Below, piece by piece: positions 19,128-25,974 of a DNA stretch of 37,933 bases. Below the pieces are notes generated by a model. It was not told the origin of the DNA and searched no databases. It saw nothing but the letters and a program-made list of their open reading frames with translations. Source of the stretch: a virus; IMG/VR virus record IMGVR_UViG_3300017598_000360, positions 1-37,933 of that record; one strand, 5' to 3'. Both the position numbers and the translations under genes were made by a program. Position 1 is the stretch's first letter. Each line of letters starts with the position of its first letter.

Positions 19128-19495
19128 TGTTCATGAGTCATTTCGATATTGACGTTTTCTTGTTTGATCTTGTTCTGGTCAAATCCGCCAGTGTAATCTG
19201 TCAACGCCTTCCATGCTGCTACACGTGCGCTTGTGCTTGTATCTTCACCTAAACCCTGAGCCTCGCACATAAGACCTTTAACAACATCCTCAACGGTTAC
19301 CAGCGCCCTTTCTGTTGCACTCTCTTTAAACTTGGCTATATATTCAGCAATAATAGGTTTGCATAAGTTCTCGCTGCCGATCTCTTGCGCTGAGTTCTCA
19401 CTATATCCGGCTGTGATTGCGGCTTTCGTCCCATTAAAACCATTGGACACATAAGCCTCGCAGAATGCCTGTTGCTTTGCTGTCATTTTAGCCAT
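19106..19495 (-). CDS. terS: Terminase small subunit (Terminase_2 / P27-like)
   Basis: MAKMTAKQQAFCEAYVSNGFNGTKAAITAGYSENSAQEIGSENLCKPIIAEYI is a classic HTH N-terminus of this family. Confidence 0.9.
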   Translation of the reverse strand: MAKMTAKQQAFCEAYVSNGFNGTKAAITAGYSENSAQEIGSENLCKPIIAEYIAKFKESATERALVTVEDVVKGLMCEAQGLGEDTSTSARVAAWKALTDYTGGFDQNKIKQENVNIEMTHEQWLESLI

Positions 19496-19554
19496 TTACA
19501 GAGTCCTCACGGTTATTCTGCCCGATTCCCTAGGGTTGATCGGTTAGTGTTTAC

Positions 19555-19770
19555 TTACATTCCCTGCTGAGGGAATAGATCTAGTCCTGCCACAACGATA
19601 TGCACGCTAGTGCCCGCAAAATGAATATCGTGGCTTTCATCTGATTGTAACTTAATACAGTGCCCACACGTAGTATGGAACTCTAGTACCTTGCCATTCC
19701 TGACAACATGATCAACAGTTCTGCCGGTGAACTCTGTTGTTATATGGCCATTGCTTTCGTCAAATGTCAT
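19555..19770 (-). CDS. Hypothetical protein (71 aa)
   Basis: ATG start; TAATG overlap with the upstream gene. Confidence 0.55.
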   Translation of the reverse strand: MTFDESNGHITTEFTGRTVDHVVRNGKVLEFHTTCGHCIKLQSDESHDIHFAGTSVHIVVAGLDLFPQQGM

Positions 19771-20201
19771 TAAGCTATCCGTATAATTGCGTTTGATGCG
19801 TCAGCAGTCGGGAACGTGATAGTGAAGTCTGCCGCTGTAGAGGTCTTATCACCCCCAAAGTCGTGAACCTGTACGCTCGCATCACCTGAGTCAGTATCAT
19901 TAAAAATTAGACAGCTAGCTGCCGTGATGGTTGAGGTTGACCATGTAGTGTCAGCAAAGTCAGTGAGCGCCGTAGTTCCTGAAGTTGTGGGAGTGACGTT
20001 AGTTAAGGTATTACCCTTCGCAGTGTAGCCAGTACCGGAAACTTCGTTAGTCGCACTATAGGCAGTTGTCGCAGCACCATGCGTAGCCGTTGAGGTATAA
20101 AGCGATATATTGAAAGTATCCCCAGTGGACAAAGTGAAATCATGCCCTTTTACTAGTAATTCTTGTTTGAAGCTTGTGCAAATTGCAGTAGTTGAAGCCA
20201 T
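19770..20201 (-). CDS. Thr/Ser-rich virion-associated protein candidate (143 aa)
   Basis: The track ORF was trimmed to ATG 20201 (MASTTAICTSFKQELL...), which has an AGGTGA SD and lies 8 nt after the upstream TAG at 20212..20210. Confidence 0.55.
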   Translation of the reverse strand: MASTTAICTSFKQELLVKGHDFTLSTGDTFNISLYTSTATHGAATTAYSATNEVSGTGYTAKGNTLTNVTPTTSGTTALTDFADTTWSTSTITAASCLIFNDTDSGDASVQVHDFGGDKTSTAADFTITFPTADASNAIIRIA

Positions 20202-20209
20202 TATTTCAC

Positions 20210-21574
20210 CTATTGAATAGTCCAAGTGGTTGAAGCGTCTATTTTTTCGTCCCAAGTTGCTGAAACGTCTGGTTGAACAGTCCAACCTCCCGCAGAAACA
20301 ACGATAACTCCTTGTTGCACTGAAGACTCTTGACCTGTCAATGTTAATATATTTGCGGTCTGGAAGCCAATTACACCCTGTCCCACCACTGATTGAAGCC
20401 CAGACAAGCCAACAACCGTATCCACTACAACTGACATCGTGCCTTGTGCGGATGACAACCCCTGGCCTGTTAGATCTACACCAACCCCTGCTGATACTGA
20501 TATTGCACCCTGATTAACTGTAGATTCTTGCCCTGAGAGCGCCTCTATTGCCGCGCCAGAGATTGCCAGAGTCCCTTGGCCTACCGTTGAAGATTGCCCA
20601 GTAAGTGGAACAATTGCGACTCCACCGACAGTGACAATTACCGCTCCTTGGCCTACTGTCGAGGCTTGACCTGTTAGCGCTTCAGAAATCCCTATTGATA
20701 CAGCTAAGGCACCCTGCCCGGAAGTAGAAGACTGCCCAGCAAGGGCTGTAGATGCAGCTCCAGAGATCGACAATGTACCCTGACCAGATGTAGACGCCTG
20801 GCCTGTTAGATTTACAGTTGTCCCTGCATCAGCATCCCAATTAGCATCATTACCGGAAGCTAGGGCTGTATGGGCGTCGGATTGCTGCGTGGATGTTAAT
20901 ACACCTGTAAACAGCTCTGCGTAGTAAATCTTTCCATCAATGTTCCGGTTCTGGCTCGGCCTATTGCCTATTGTTGCGTATCGATTAGTATTATTGATGT
21001 TGTCTAGTGTTGAATCTAGTGTCAGCGTTCCACCCGCTGCGGTCTCTAGAGATCCGTCGTAATAAACTTTACATCTATCGGCCCCTGCGGCCTCAGTCGT
21101 ATCTATTGACACGCCGATTGTAGTTATACCGCTTGGTATGCTGTAGCTTACCGTATCATCGACACCGCCGCTTTCTTGGTCCCAGCGAATTCGCAAGACT
21201 GTCGTATCAACTACGATGCTTAGATCTGTGTCACCACTATTTGTACCGATTGCAAAAAGTCTTGAGCCTGAAGCGGCCCCTGCGTCAATAGTGGCCCTTA
21301 GTATAAAAGAAACCTCAGATACAGCATCTAAGCTAGAGCCAATATCACCATTAGTAGCGATATCATCCAGTTCAGCAATAGCTGTATTAGATGATCCTGC
21401 CGTTGCTGTAAAATCTAACCCATTGCCAGCCGCGACACTAGTCCAGGCAGCATCGCCCGAACTATAGTCGATAGTGAGAGTATTGGACCCTTCATCGTCG
21501 GCGCATTCAGTTGGAGTTGTACCGCTTGAGGCTTCATTTAAGAGCCATCTAGCGATTGATGATGCGGCTGCCAT
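20210..21574 (-). CDS. LamG/concanavalin-A-like domain protein with 8 tandem ~22-aa repeats (fibre/adhesin candidate)
   Basis: 454 aa. The N-terminal ~235 aa carry LamG-type features (RLFAIGTNSGD..., IGNRPSQNRNIDGKIYYAELFTGVLT). They are followed by LTGQ(A/S)STxGQGxhxhS repeats and a W/T-rich tail (WTVQPDVSATWDEKIDASTTWTIQ). Confidence 0.7.
   Translation of the reverse strand: MAAASSIARWLLNEASSGTTPTECADDEGSNTLTIDYSSGDAAWTSVAAGNGLDFTATAGSSNTAIAELDDIATNGDIGSSLDAVSEVSFILRATIDAGAASGSRLFAIGTNSGDTDLSIVVDTTVLRIRWDQESGGVDDTVSYSIPSGITTIGVSIDTTEAAGADRCKVYYDGSLETAAGGTLTLDSTLDNINNTNRYATIGNRPSQNRNIDGKIYYAELFTGVLTSTQQSDAHTALASGNDANWDADAGTTVNLTGQASTSGQGTLSISGAASTALAGQSSTSGQGALAVSIGISEALTGQASTVGQGAVIVTVGGVAIVPLTGQSSTVGQGTLAISGAAIEALSGQESTVNQGAISVSAGVGVDLTGQGLSSAQGTMSVVVDTVVGLSGLQSVVGQGVIGFQTANILTLTGQESSVQQGVIVVSAGGWTVQPDVSATWDEKIDASTTWTIQ
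20285..20809 (-). repeat. Coding tandem repeat, about 8 x 63-69 bp (~22-aa units)
   Basis: Protein-level repeats aligned by eye: LTGQASTSGQGTLSISGAASTA / LAGQSSTSGQGALAVSIGISEA / LTGQASTVGQGAVIVTVGGVAIVP / LTGQSSTVGQGTLAISGAAIEA / LSGQESTVNQGAISVSAGVGVD / LTGQGLSSAQGTMSVVVDTVVG / LSGLQSVVGQGVIGFQTANILT / LTGQESSVQQGVIVVSAGG. Confidence 0.85.
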
Positions 21575-21784
21575 TTATGCTAGTATCGTAGCCAATGAAG
21601 CCTTGAATGCTACCCGGAGGGCGAGCAATTCAGCTTTGTCATCAGTATCAACTGTCACTCCATGCAATGCAGTCGCTCTATTCATCCAATCTTGGGTAAC
21701 TTCTTCGACTCTAGTCTGTAAGACTTTTAATTTAGCGTATTCTGCGTCATTTTGGCTTGCTGTGTGCCTATCTGCATAACTCAT
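21575..21784 (-). CDS. Hypothetical protein (69 aa), first gene after the early terminator
   Basis: The track ORF was trimmed to ATG 21784 (MSYADRHTASQ...), with an AGGAG SD 9 nt upstream. Its TAA abuts the next ATG. Confidence 0.6.
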   Translation of the reverse strand: MSYADRHTASQNDAEYAKLKVLQTRVEEVTQDWMNRATALHGVTVDTDDKAELLALRVAFKASLATILA

Positions 21785-21810
21785 CTTAATTGCTCCTTTT
21801 AGCTGTCTAA

Positions 21811-21819
21811 ATGATAACA
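21811..21819 (-). promoter_or_regulatory. Candidate extended -10 element (TGtTATCAT) for the late operon
   Basis: The minus strand reads TGTTATCAT between the terminator U-tract and the SD of the 21784 gene. No good -35 is present. Confidence 0.3.
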
Positions 21820-21826
21820 CGCAGGC

Positions 21827-21861
21827 AAAAAAAAGCCCATTCACTGGGGAGTGAACAGGCT
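21827..21861 (-). terminator. Rho-independent terminator at the end of the leftward early region
   Basis: Minus-strand RNA is agccuguucacu-cccc-agugaaugggcu followed by U8. The 12-bp stem includes two G.U pairs that would be C.A mismatches on the plus strand. Confidence 0.8.
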
Positions 21862-21917
21862 AAAGCTCATACGACCTGATGCGCCGAGCGGACAGTGTGC
21901 GTGCTGTCTATTAAAGA

Positions 21918-22004
21918 TTAGTTGATATTCGTGATATAAACAAGCCAGATAGCGAATATACTGAATGATAACAGGCTTAGCGTCATTTTGGACTTTGGCG
22001 ACAT
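21918..22004 (-). CDS. Possible 28-aa hydrophobic peptide
   Basis: ATG 22004 with a GAGG SD 5 nt upstream. Translation: MSPKSKMTLSLLSFSIFAIWLVYITNIN. Below the ORF-track cutoff. Confidence 0.35.
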   Translation of the reverse strand: MSPKSKMTLSLLSFSIFAIWLVYITNIN

Positions 22005-22036
22005 ATTGACCTCTTTTTAAATCTCTCTAACGACAT

Positions 22037-22240
22037 CTAAACGCGTTGCCAATGCGTTACGCTTGAAGTTCGTGACGTTCTGTCTGAAAACCAGACGTTA
22101 TACCTATCTGAAAATGGAGTCTCTTTGGTGCCAGAATCTTTCATAAATTTCATCTTTCTACCGGCTTCATAGTATGCAGATTTAGTACGATAGTTTCCGT
22201 CTTTTGGCGGCAATTCATCATTAATTTTTACCCATTCCAT
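22037..22240 (-). CDS. DUF551-like phage protein (67 aa)
   Basis: The N-terminus MEWVKINDELPPKDG is the usual DUF551 opening (from memory). Confidence 0.5.
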   Translation of the reverse strand: MEWVKINDELPPKDGNYRTKSAYYEAGRKMKFMKDSGTKETPFSDRYNVWFSDRTSRTSSVTHWQRV

Positions 22241-22258
22241 AACACTCTATCTCCCGAC

Positions 22259-22534
22259 TTATTTAGCGTTAGCCGCATTAAAGTTAAGCCTAACCTCATT
22301 GAGTATTGCGCAATGCGCAAGAACCCATTCGTAAATGTCTTCGTCTTCTCGGTTTTTTAAGATCATTCTGGCCTTGATTTTTAGCATTTCCTGGGTACGC
22401 ATTTCGAGCCAATCCGAGAAAGTCTCTAGATCTTTAATACCAGTATTAATCATGAAGCCGTCAATAGGCTGCCCTTCCATTAGCTCTTTTACTGTGAGCA
22501 TTCCTGATGCTTTTAGCTGCTCATCTAAGGTCAT
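22259..22534 (-). CDS. Hypothetical early protein (91 aa)
   Basis: The track start (TTG 22558) was trimmed to ATG 22534. The AGGAG that the longer ORF would translate serves as its SD. Confidence 0.55.
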   Translation of the reverse strand: MTLDEQLKASGMLTVKELMEGQPIDGFMINTGIKDLETFSDWLEMRTQEMLKIKARMILKNREDEDIYEWVLAHCAILNEVRLNFNAANAK

Positions 22535-22559
22535 TTTAAATTTACTCCTATTCGACAAA

Positions 22560-22826
22560 TTAGCGTCTTATTTCTGAGTGGTCGCAGTTTTCACAGCTCC
22601 AAAAGCCGTTGTGCATATCCGGCAATGGCTGTTCCATTTCATGCTTGTCGTCAGCACAAAAAACCTCGTAGCAATACATGATGCTTGTGGTAAAACCAAA
22701 TTCTTTCCCGCAAGAGCAATGCTGGCTATGCCTTTCGCCTTCATCGTACCCGTAGCCATCATCGTGATTTATCTCTTGTTCTTTCCCGCAATGAGGGCAT
22801 TTAACGTCACTCATTCTCATTATCAT
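22560..22826 (-). CDS. Cys-rich zinc-ribbon protein (88 aa)
   Basis: CPHCG ... CSCG ... CENCDH motifs. Three ATGs lie within the first five codons, so the start is uncertain. Confidence 0.6.
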   Translation of the reverse strand: MIMRMSDVKCPHCGKEQEINHDDGYGYDEGERHSQHCSCGKEFGFTTSIMYCYEVFCADDKHEMEQPLPDMHNGFWSCENCDHSEIRR

Positions 22827-22861
22827 TTTCCTTAGTTGTTAATATCCGACAGCAAAGCGCG

Positions 22862-23107
22862 TTAGTAGTCTGCAACAATGTATTGTTGATCTTTTATGTG
22901 GAAGTATACTGTTCCGTGAAAATCGTCGCCGCTCATTCCTCCGCCACCTTGGTTTACATAACAATGATCGAATGGGGGGCAGTCTTCGCCTTCTTGTCTT
23001 TGCATTTTCTCTTCAGCAATTTCAGAGATATATGCGGTGTCTATGATTGCAAAATACTCACCATCGAAAAAACTTTTTATTCCGGTTATAGCTTCTTGTA
23101 TGTCCAT
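22862..23107 (-). CDS. Small acidic early protein (81 aa)
   Basis: The track start (TTG 23113) was trimmed to ATG 23107, with an AAGGA SD 7 nt upstream. Confidence 0.55.
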   Translation of the reverse strand: MDIQEAITGIKSFFDGEYFAIIDTAYISEIAEEKMQRQEGEDCPPFDHCYVNQGGGGMSGDDFHGTVYFHIKDQQYIVADY

Positions 23108-23143
23108 GTTCAATCCTTAGTTAAATTTGCGTGTTCGGCAGAA

Positions 23144-23356
23144 CTACGCGTTATCTGGCTTTACTATAACTTCGCGGGTGCCGTCATACTTGAATTCTGA
23201 AACCACTTTTTCACTTTCGAGGCGCTCCATTATCCGTGCGGCTCGGTTATACCCAACATAAAATGTTCGCTGGATATTGGATATAGAGGCTCTTTGAATC
23301 TTGATGATATGCGCCTTCGCTTCTTCATAAACCGGATCTTCATCTGACATTTTCAT
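23144..23356 (-). CDS. Stand-alone FtsK gamma-domain (winged-helix, KOPS-binding type) protein
   Basis: [54 protein letters not shown] aligns closely with my memory of E. coli FtsK-gamma ([54 protein letters not shown]). The true start may be the second ATG at 23350, which has better SD spacing. Confidence 0.8.
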   Translation of the reverse strand: [70 protein letters not shown]

Positions 23357-23395
23357 TCTCCAAAATTGTTAAAATTTAAAACTGCGCTAACGACA

Positions 23396-23563
23396 TTACT
23401 TAGCTTTAGCCATACCCGTACACGTTAGCCTTGTGATGTGATTGCCCTCTATAATCTCGAAATTTTCAATCACAAAGCCAGGACATGATTCTCTGAACGC
23501 TGCTACTTGCTCGCGCTCCAAGATTGGGCAAGCTAGAGCGCATATGATTATTAAGCTATTCAT
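23396..23563 (-). CDS. Small Cys-containing protein (55 aa), unannotated in the track
   Basis: ATG 23563 overlaps the upstream stop by 8 nt (ATGAATAG). Translation: MNSLIIICALACPILEREQVAAFRESCPGFVIENFEIIEGNHITRLTCTGMAKAK. It replaces the antisense plus-strand ORF 23442..23675. Confidence 0.45.
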   Translation of the reverse strand: MNSLIIICALACPILEREQVAAFRESCPGFVIENFEIIEGNHITRLTCTGMAKAK

Positions 23564-23702
23564 TGTCTTTCTTCATAGCAATTTTCCAGCAATCACACAC
23601 GATTTCATCACAATCAATGCAAGTCGTTGGTGTTGGATGCTTGAAAACCCAAGTCATGAATTGATTGAATTTTAAAACTAAGTAGTCGTGTAATTTCTTC
23701 AT
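23556..23702 (-). CDS. Small Cys-rich protein (48 aa), unannotated in the track
   Basis: ATG 23702 with a GGAGG SD 8 nt upstream. Translation: MKKLHDYLVLKFNQFMTWVFKHPTPTTCIDCDEIVCDCWKIAMKKDNE. Confidence 0.5.
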   Translation of the reverse strand: MKKLHDYLVLKFNQFMTWVFKHPTPTTCIDCDEIVCDCWKIAMKKDNE

Positions 23703-23771
23703 GATGTTTTCCTCCATTTCTATACTTAAGCGTAGTACACATTGGTGATATTGCTAATACTGTTTAGTTAT

Positions 23772-23791
23772 AGCCCTGTTAACGCAGGGCT
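23772..23791 (-). other. 7-bp GC-rich hairpin just downstream of the SSB-like gene (no U-tract)
   Basis: agccctg-ttaacg-cagggct. It could stabilise an mRNA or act as a weak terminator. Confidence 0.25.
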
Positions 23792-23801
23792 TAATGGTTA
23801 T

Positions 23802-24152
23802 TTAGAAAGGTGGCTCGTTGCTACCTTGATATCCGCCTTGCTGTTGTTGCGGCTGTTGAAAATTCTGGCTTTGATTTTGTTGTGGCTGCTGGTGCTGGTT
23901 TTGTTGCTGGTGCTGGTTTTGTTGCTGCCTCGGCGCCTGGTTATTTTGCTGAGGCTCGAAACACGAAACAATAACACTATCTTTGCACTCTGGATTTGGC
24001 ACGCCAGCCGGGTTAAATGTTCGTTTCAATATCAAGAAATTTCCGTTATCCCCCTGCATCATCGAGCCTACATTTTCATAGCGCCCCTTCATTTCTCCGT
24101 CTTTCTGGTACTCGCCAGTTTTGACTACTAAGTCTGCTACTTTTTGAACCAT
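23802..24152 (-). CDS. Putative short ssDNA-binding protein with a Gln-rich linker and an SSB-like C-terminal tip
   Basis: 116 aa; last gene of an Erf-exonuclease-X module. The C-terminus ...GGYQGSNEPPF resembles the SSB ...DDDIPF tip and follows a QQNQHQ-repeat linker. The N-terminal ~70 aa are shorter than a canonical OB fold. Confidence 0.5.
   Translation of the reverse strand: MVQKVADLVVKTGEYQKDGEMKGRYENVGSMMQGDNGNFLILKRTFNPAGVPNPECKDSVIVSCFEPQQNNQAPRQQQNQHQQQNQHQQPQQNQSQNFQQPQQQQGGYQGSNEPPF
23891..23926 (-). repeat. Perfect 2 x 18-bp tandem repeat, coding (QQNQHQ x2)
   Basis: ggtgctggttttgttgct occurs twice in tandem. Confidence 0.9.
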
Positions 24153-24153
24153 G

Positions 24154-24759
24154 TTACCCTCTCAACTTTTCAAGTATGTGTAATAAATCTTCAATAAATC
24201 GATCAACTTCAATCGATAAGTTTTTGATGTAATCTTCGTCACGCTCGACTCTTATGCAAAAGTAAGAGGCCGCACCGTCAATCCTTGGATCAAAGCTTAC
24301 AAAATCGCACCATTCCCGCCCGGCTACCCATAATTGCCCCTGTACCTGAGCCTTGTACGCCGCTGGAAACTTTCCAGACAAATAACGCTCAATCTGCGTT
24401 GTTGTAGCTGGGCATTTTATTTCTAGTAGCCCATTTTCCCCCACCAACCCATCAGGGCTAACCCCTACCATTTCCGGCCCGTGAATGAACGCAACCTCTT
24501 CGACATCAACATCAGATTCCAATTCATACATTGCCCTGGCTTGCGGCTCGCATTCGTTCCCCCACTCCATAGCTGCGTTTTTGTAAGTCTCAGTTGGCGC
24601 ACCTGTTAAAATGTCAGCGGCAAGCTGATACATGTAAGAGTTTCGCGTTTTTCCTTGGCCCTTAGAAAGAACCTTAGAGAAATTAGATGCTGTTACCTTT
24701 CCCGCTCTCAGAGCTAACCATTCCTCAGACCCTTGCTCTATATCTCTGATAATCTCCAT
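24154..24759 (-). CDS. YqaJ-type (lambda-Exo-like, PD-(D/E)XK) recombination exonuclease
   Basis: The N-terminus QGSEEWLALRAGKVTASNFSKVL is the YqaJ hallmark. TAATG overlap with the Erf-like gene. Confidence 0.85.
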   Translation of the reverse strand: MEIIRDIEQGSEEWLALRAGKVTASNFSKVLSKGQGKTRNSYMYQLAADILTGAPTETYKNAAMEWGNECEPQARAMYELESDVDVEEVAFIHGPEMVGVSPDGLVGENGLLEIKCPATTTQIERYLSGKFPAAYKAQVQGQLWVAGREWCDFVSFDPRIDGAASYFCIRVERDEDYIKNLSIEVDRFIEDLLHILEKLRG

Positions 24760-25376
24760 TATTGCTGCGCCCTTTTAAGAATTGCATCGTATTTCTTCGC
24801 CGGTATTTCTGAGATCATAGTAAACTTATGAACTTTTGCCAGCCGCATACCAAGTTTATTTAGCAATCCTGTACCCTCATCGACCAAAAGCCCGTATAAA
24901 ATTGCAGCCTGTTCTTCAGTGATAAAGTCAGTATTAGCCATATCTGCTCGGCTTTCTTCATCTTCGCCAGTTTCAAGGCATAACACCTTAAGTATGGCCG
25001 CCTTGGTTGCATACGTTAGCGCCTTCCCTGGTGCTTTATCTCCGTTATCATTGGCGTGCGCCTCTACTGTTGCCGTTATCTTGTCCCCTTTGTCCACCCC
25101 CACAAAGTTGATTTCATACTTGCCAGCATAAAGCCCCATTTTTATTGGGTTAGGCGTAGCATTAACATCACGCATCTGAAGAAATCCGCCCTCTATTTGA
25201 TTTGGGTATATCATCACGCCATGATTAACGAGTGCAGCCCTGGCTACTGAAATTACCTGATCATGCGTAACAGCTTTGTAGTTTGCCCCGCCACCGCTGA
25301 TTTGCTTATCCTTCTGCACGTATTGAACCTCTTGCATCACTGCGTTAATGCGCTGGTATATATTTAACTCACTCAT
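24759..25376 (-). CDS. erf: ERF-family single-strand annealing protein
   Basis: 205 aa. NIYQRINAVMQEVQYVQKD...ANYKAVTHDQVISVARAALVNHGV...GKALTYATKAAILKVLCLETGEDEE fits the Erf family as I remember it, and it sits next to the exonuclease. Confidence 0.7.
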   Translation of the reverse strand: MSELNIYQRINAVMQEVQYVQKDKQISGGGANYKAVTHDQVISVARAALVNHGVMIYPNQIEGGFLQMRDVNATPNPIKMGLYAGKYEINFVGVDKGDKITATVEAHANDNGDKAPGKALTYATKAAILKVLCLETGEDEESRADMANTDFITEEQAAILYGLLVDEGTGLLNKLGMRLAKVHKFTMISEIPAKKYDAILKRAQQ

Positions 25377-25731
25377 TGATCCTATCCCCTTCGTGATTTT
25401 CCCGTTCTATCTGTTCCAATATCGGCCCCATTTCCTGCGCTATGTCGTAAATCCTATTCTGAAGAACACTTTCTATCGTCACTTGCGATATAACCGTTGA
25501 ACGGCCCTTTATCGCCATTGCTAAGCCCGCATGTATGTCAGCATCGAATAACACGGCTTCTATCTCGCCCTGATCTGCATCAACAATATACGCGCTTATC
25601 AGTGACTCTCGATCAATAGAATTAAGCTCGCAAATTGCAAACCTATGTAGATTTCCATCGTAGCAATGGACACTGATAACATCGACTAGCACTTTTATTA
25701 GCTCTGGATAATTCGTTATGTCTACACACAT
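25369..25731 (-). CDS. Acidic early protein (120 aa), function unknown
   Basis: ATG start. By my count about 22 D/E against 8 K/R. Confidence 0.6.
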   Translation of the reverse strand: MCVDITNYPELIKVLVDVISVHCYDGNLHRFAICELNSIDRESLISAYIVDADQGEIEAVLFDADIHAGLAMAIKGRSTVISQVTIESVLQNRIYDIAQEMGPILEQIERENHEGDRINE

Positions 25732-25746
25732 CTGCTTTATCTCTTG

Positions 25747-25974
25747 TTATTTGTCAGAATCTGCAACTGATAACGACCCGAGCCTGTCAAACTCATGACC
25801 CATATCAATCTTGGTTTTTATTACCTTAACTTCTGCGTAAAAAGACTCGTTCACCTGAGCCGCTATTTTCGTTATATCTCGCGCCTTTTGCGGGTCCATC
25901 GTGCCGTTTGCAACCAGGTTTATTGATGAACACAAGAACTCTCTTAAGTCGCCTGTAGTTTTAATTTTTGCCAT
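25747..25974 (-). CDS. Hypothetical early protein (75 aa)
   Basis: ATG 25974. Overlaps the upstream gene by 31 nt. Confidence 0.55.
   Translation of the reverse strand: MAKIKTTGDLREFLCSSINLVANGTMDPQKARDITKIAAQVNESFYAEVKVIKTKIDMGHEFDRLGSLSVADSDK

Noticed and set aside
20285-20809. Regular ~66-bp repeats that could be mistaken for a CRISPR-like or satellite array.
   Set aside because: The repeats are contiguous without spacers, lie in frame in a long ORF, and are clearly conserved at the protein level. This is a coding tandem repeat.
23442-23675. 77-aa plus-strand ORF, together with 23742..24131 and 32532..32714.
   Set aside because: Each is opposite in strand to its neighbours and is better explained by minus-strand micro-ORFs with SDs and coupled overlaps, or by the SSB-like gene.
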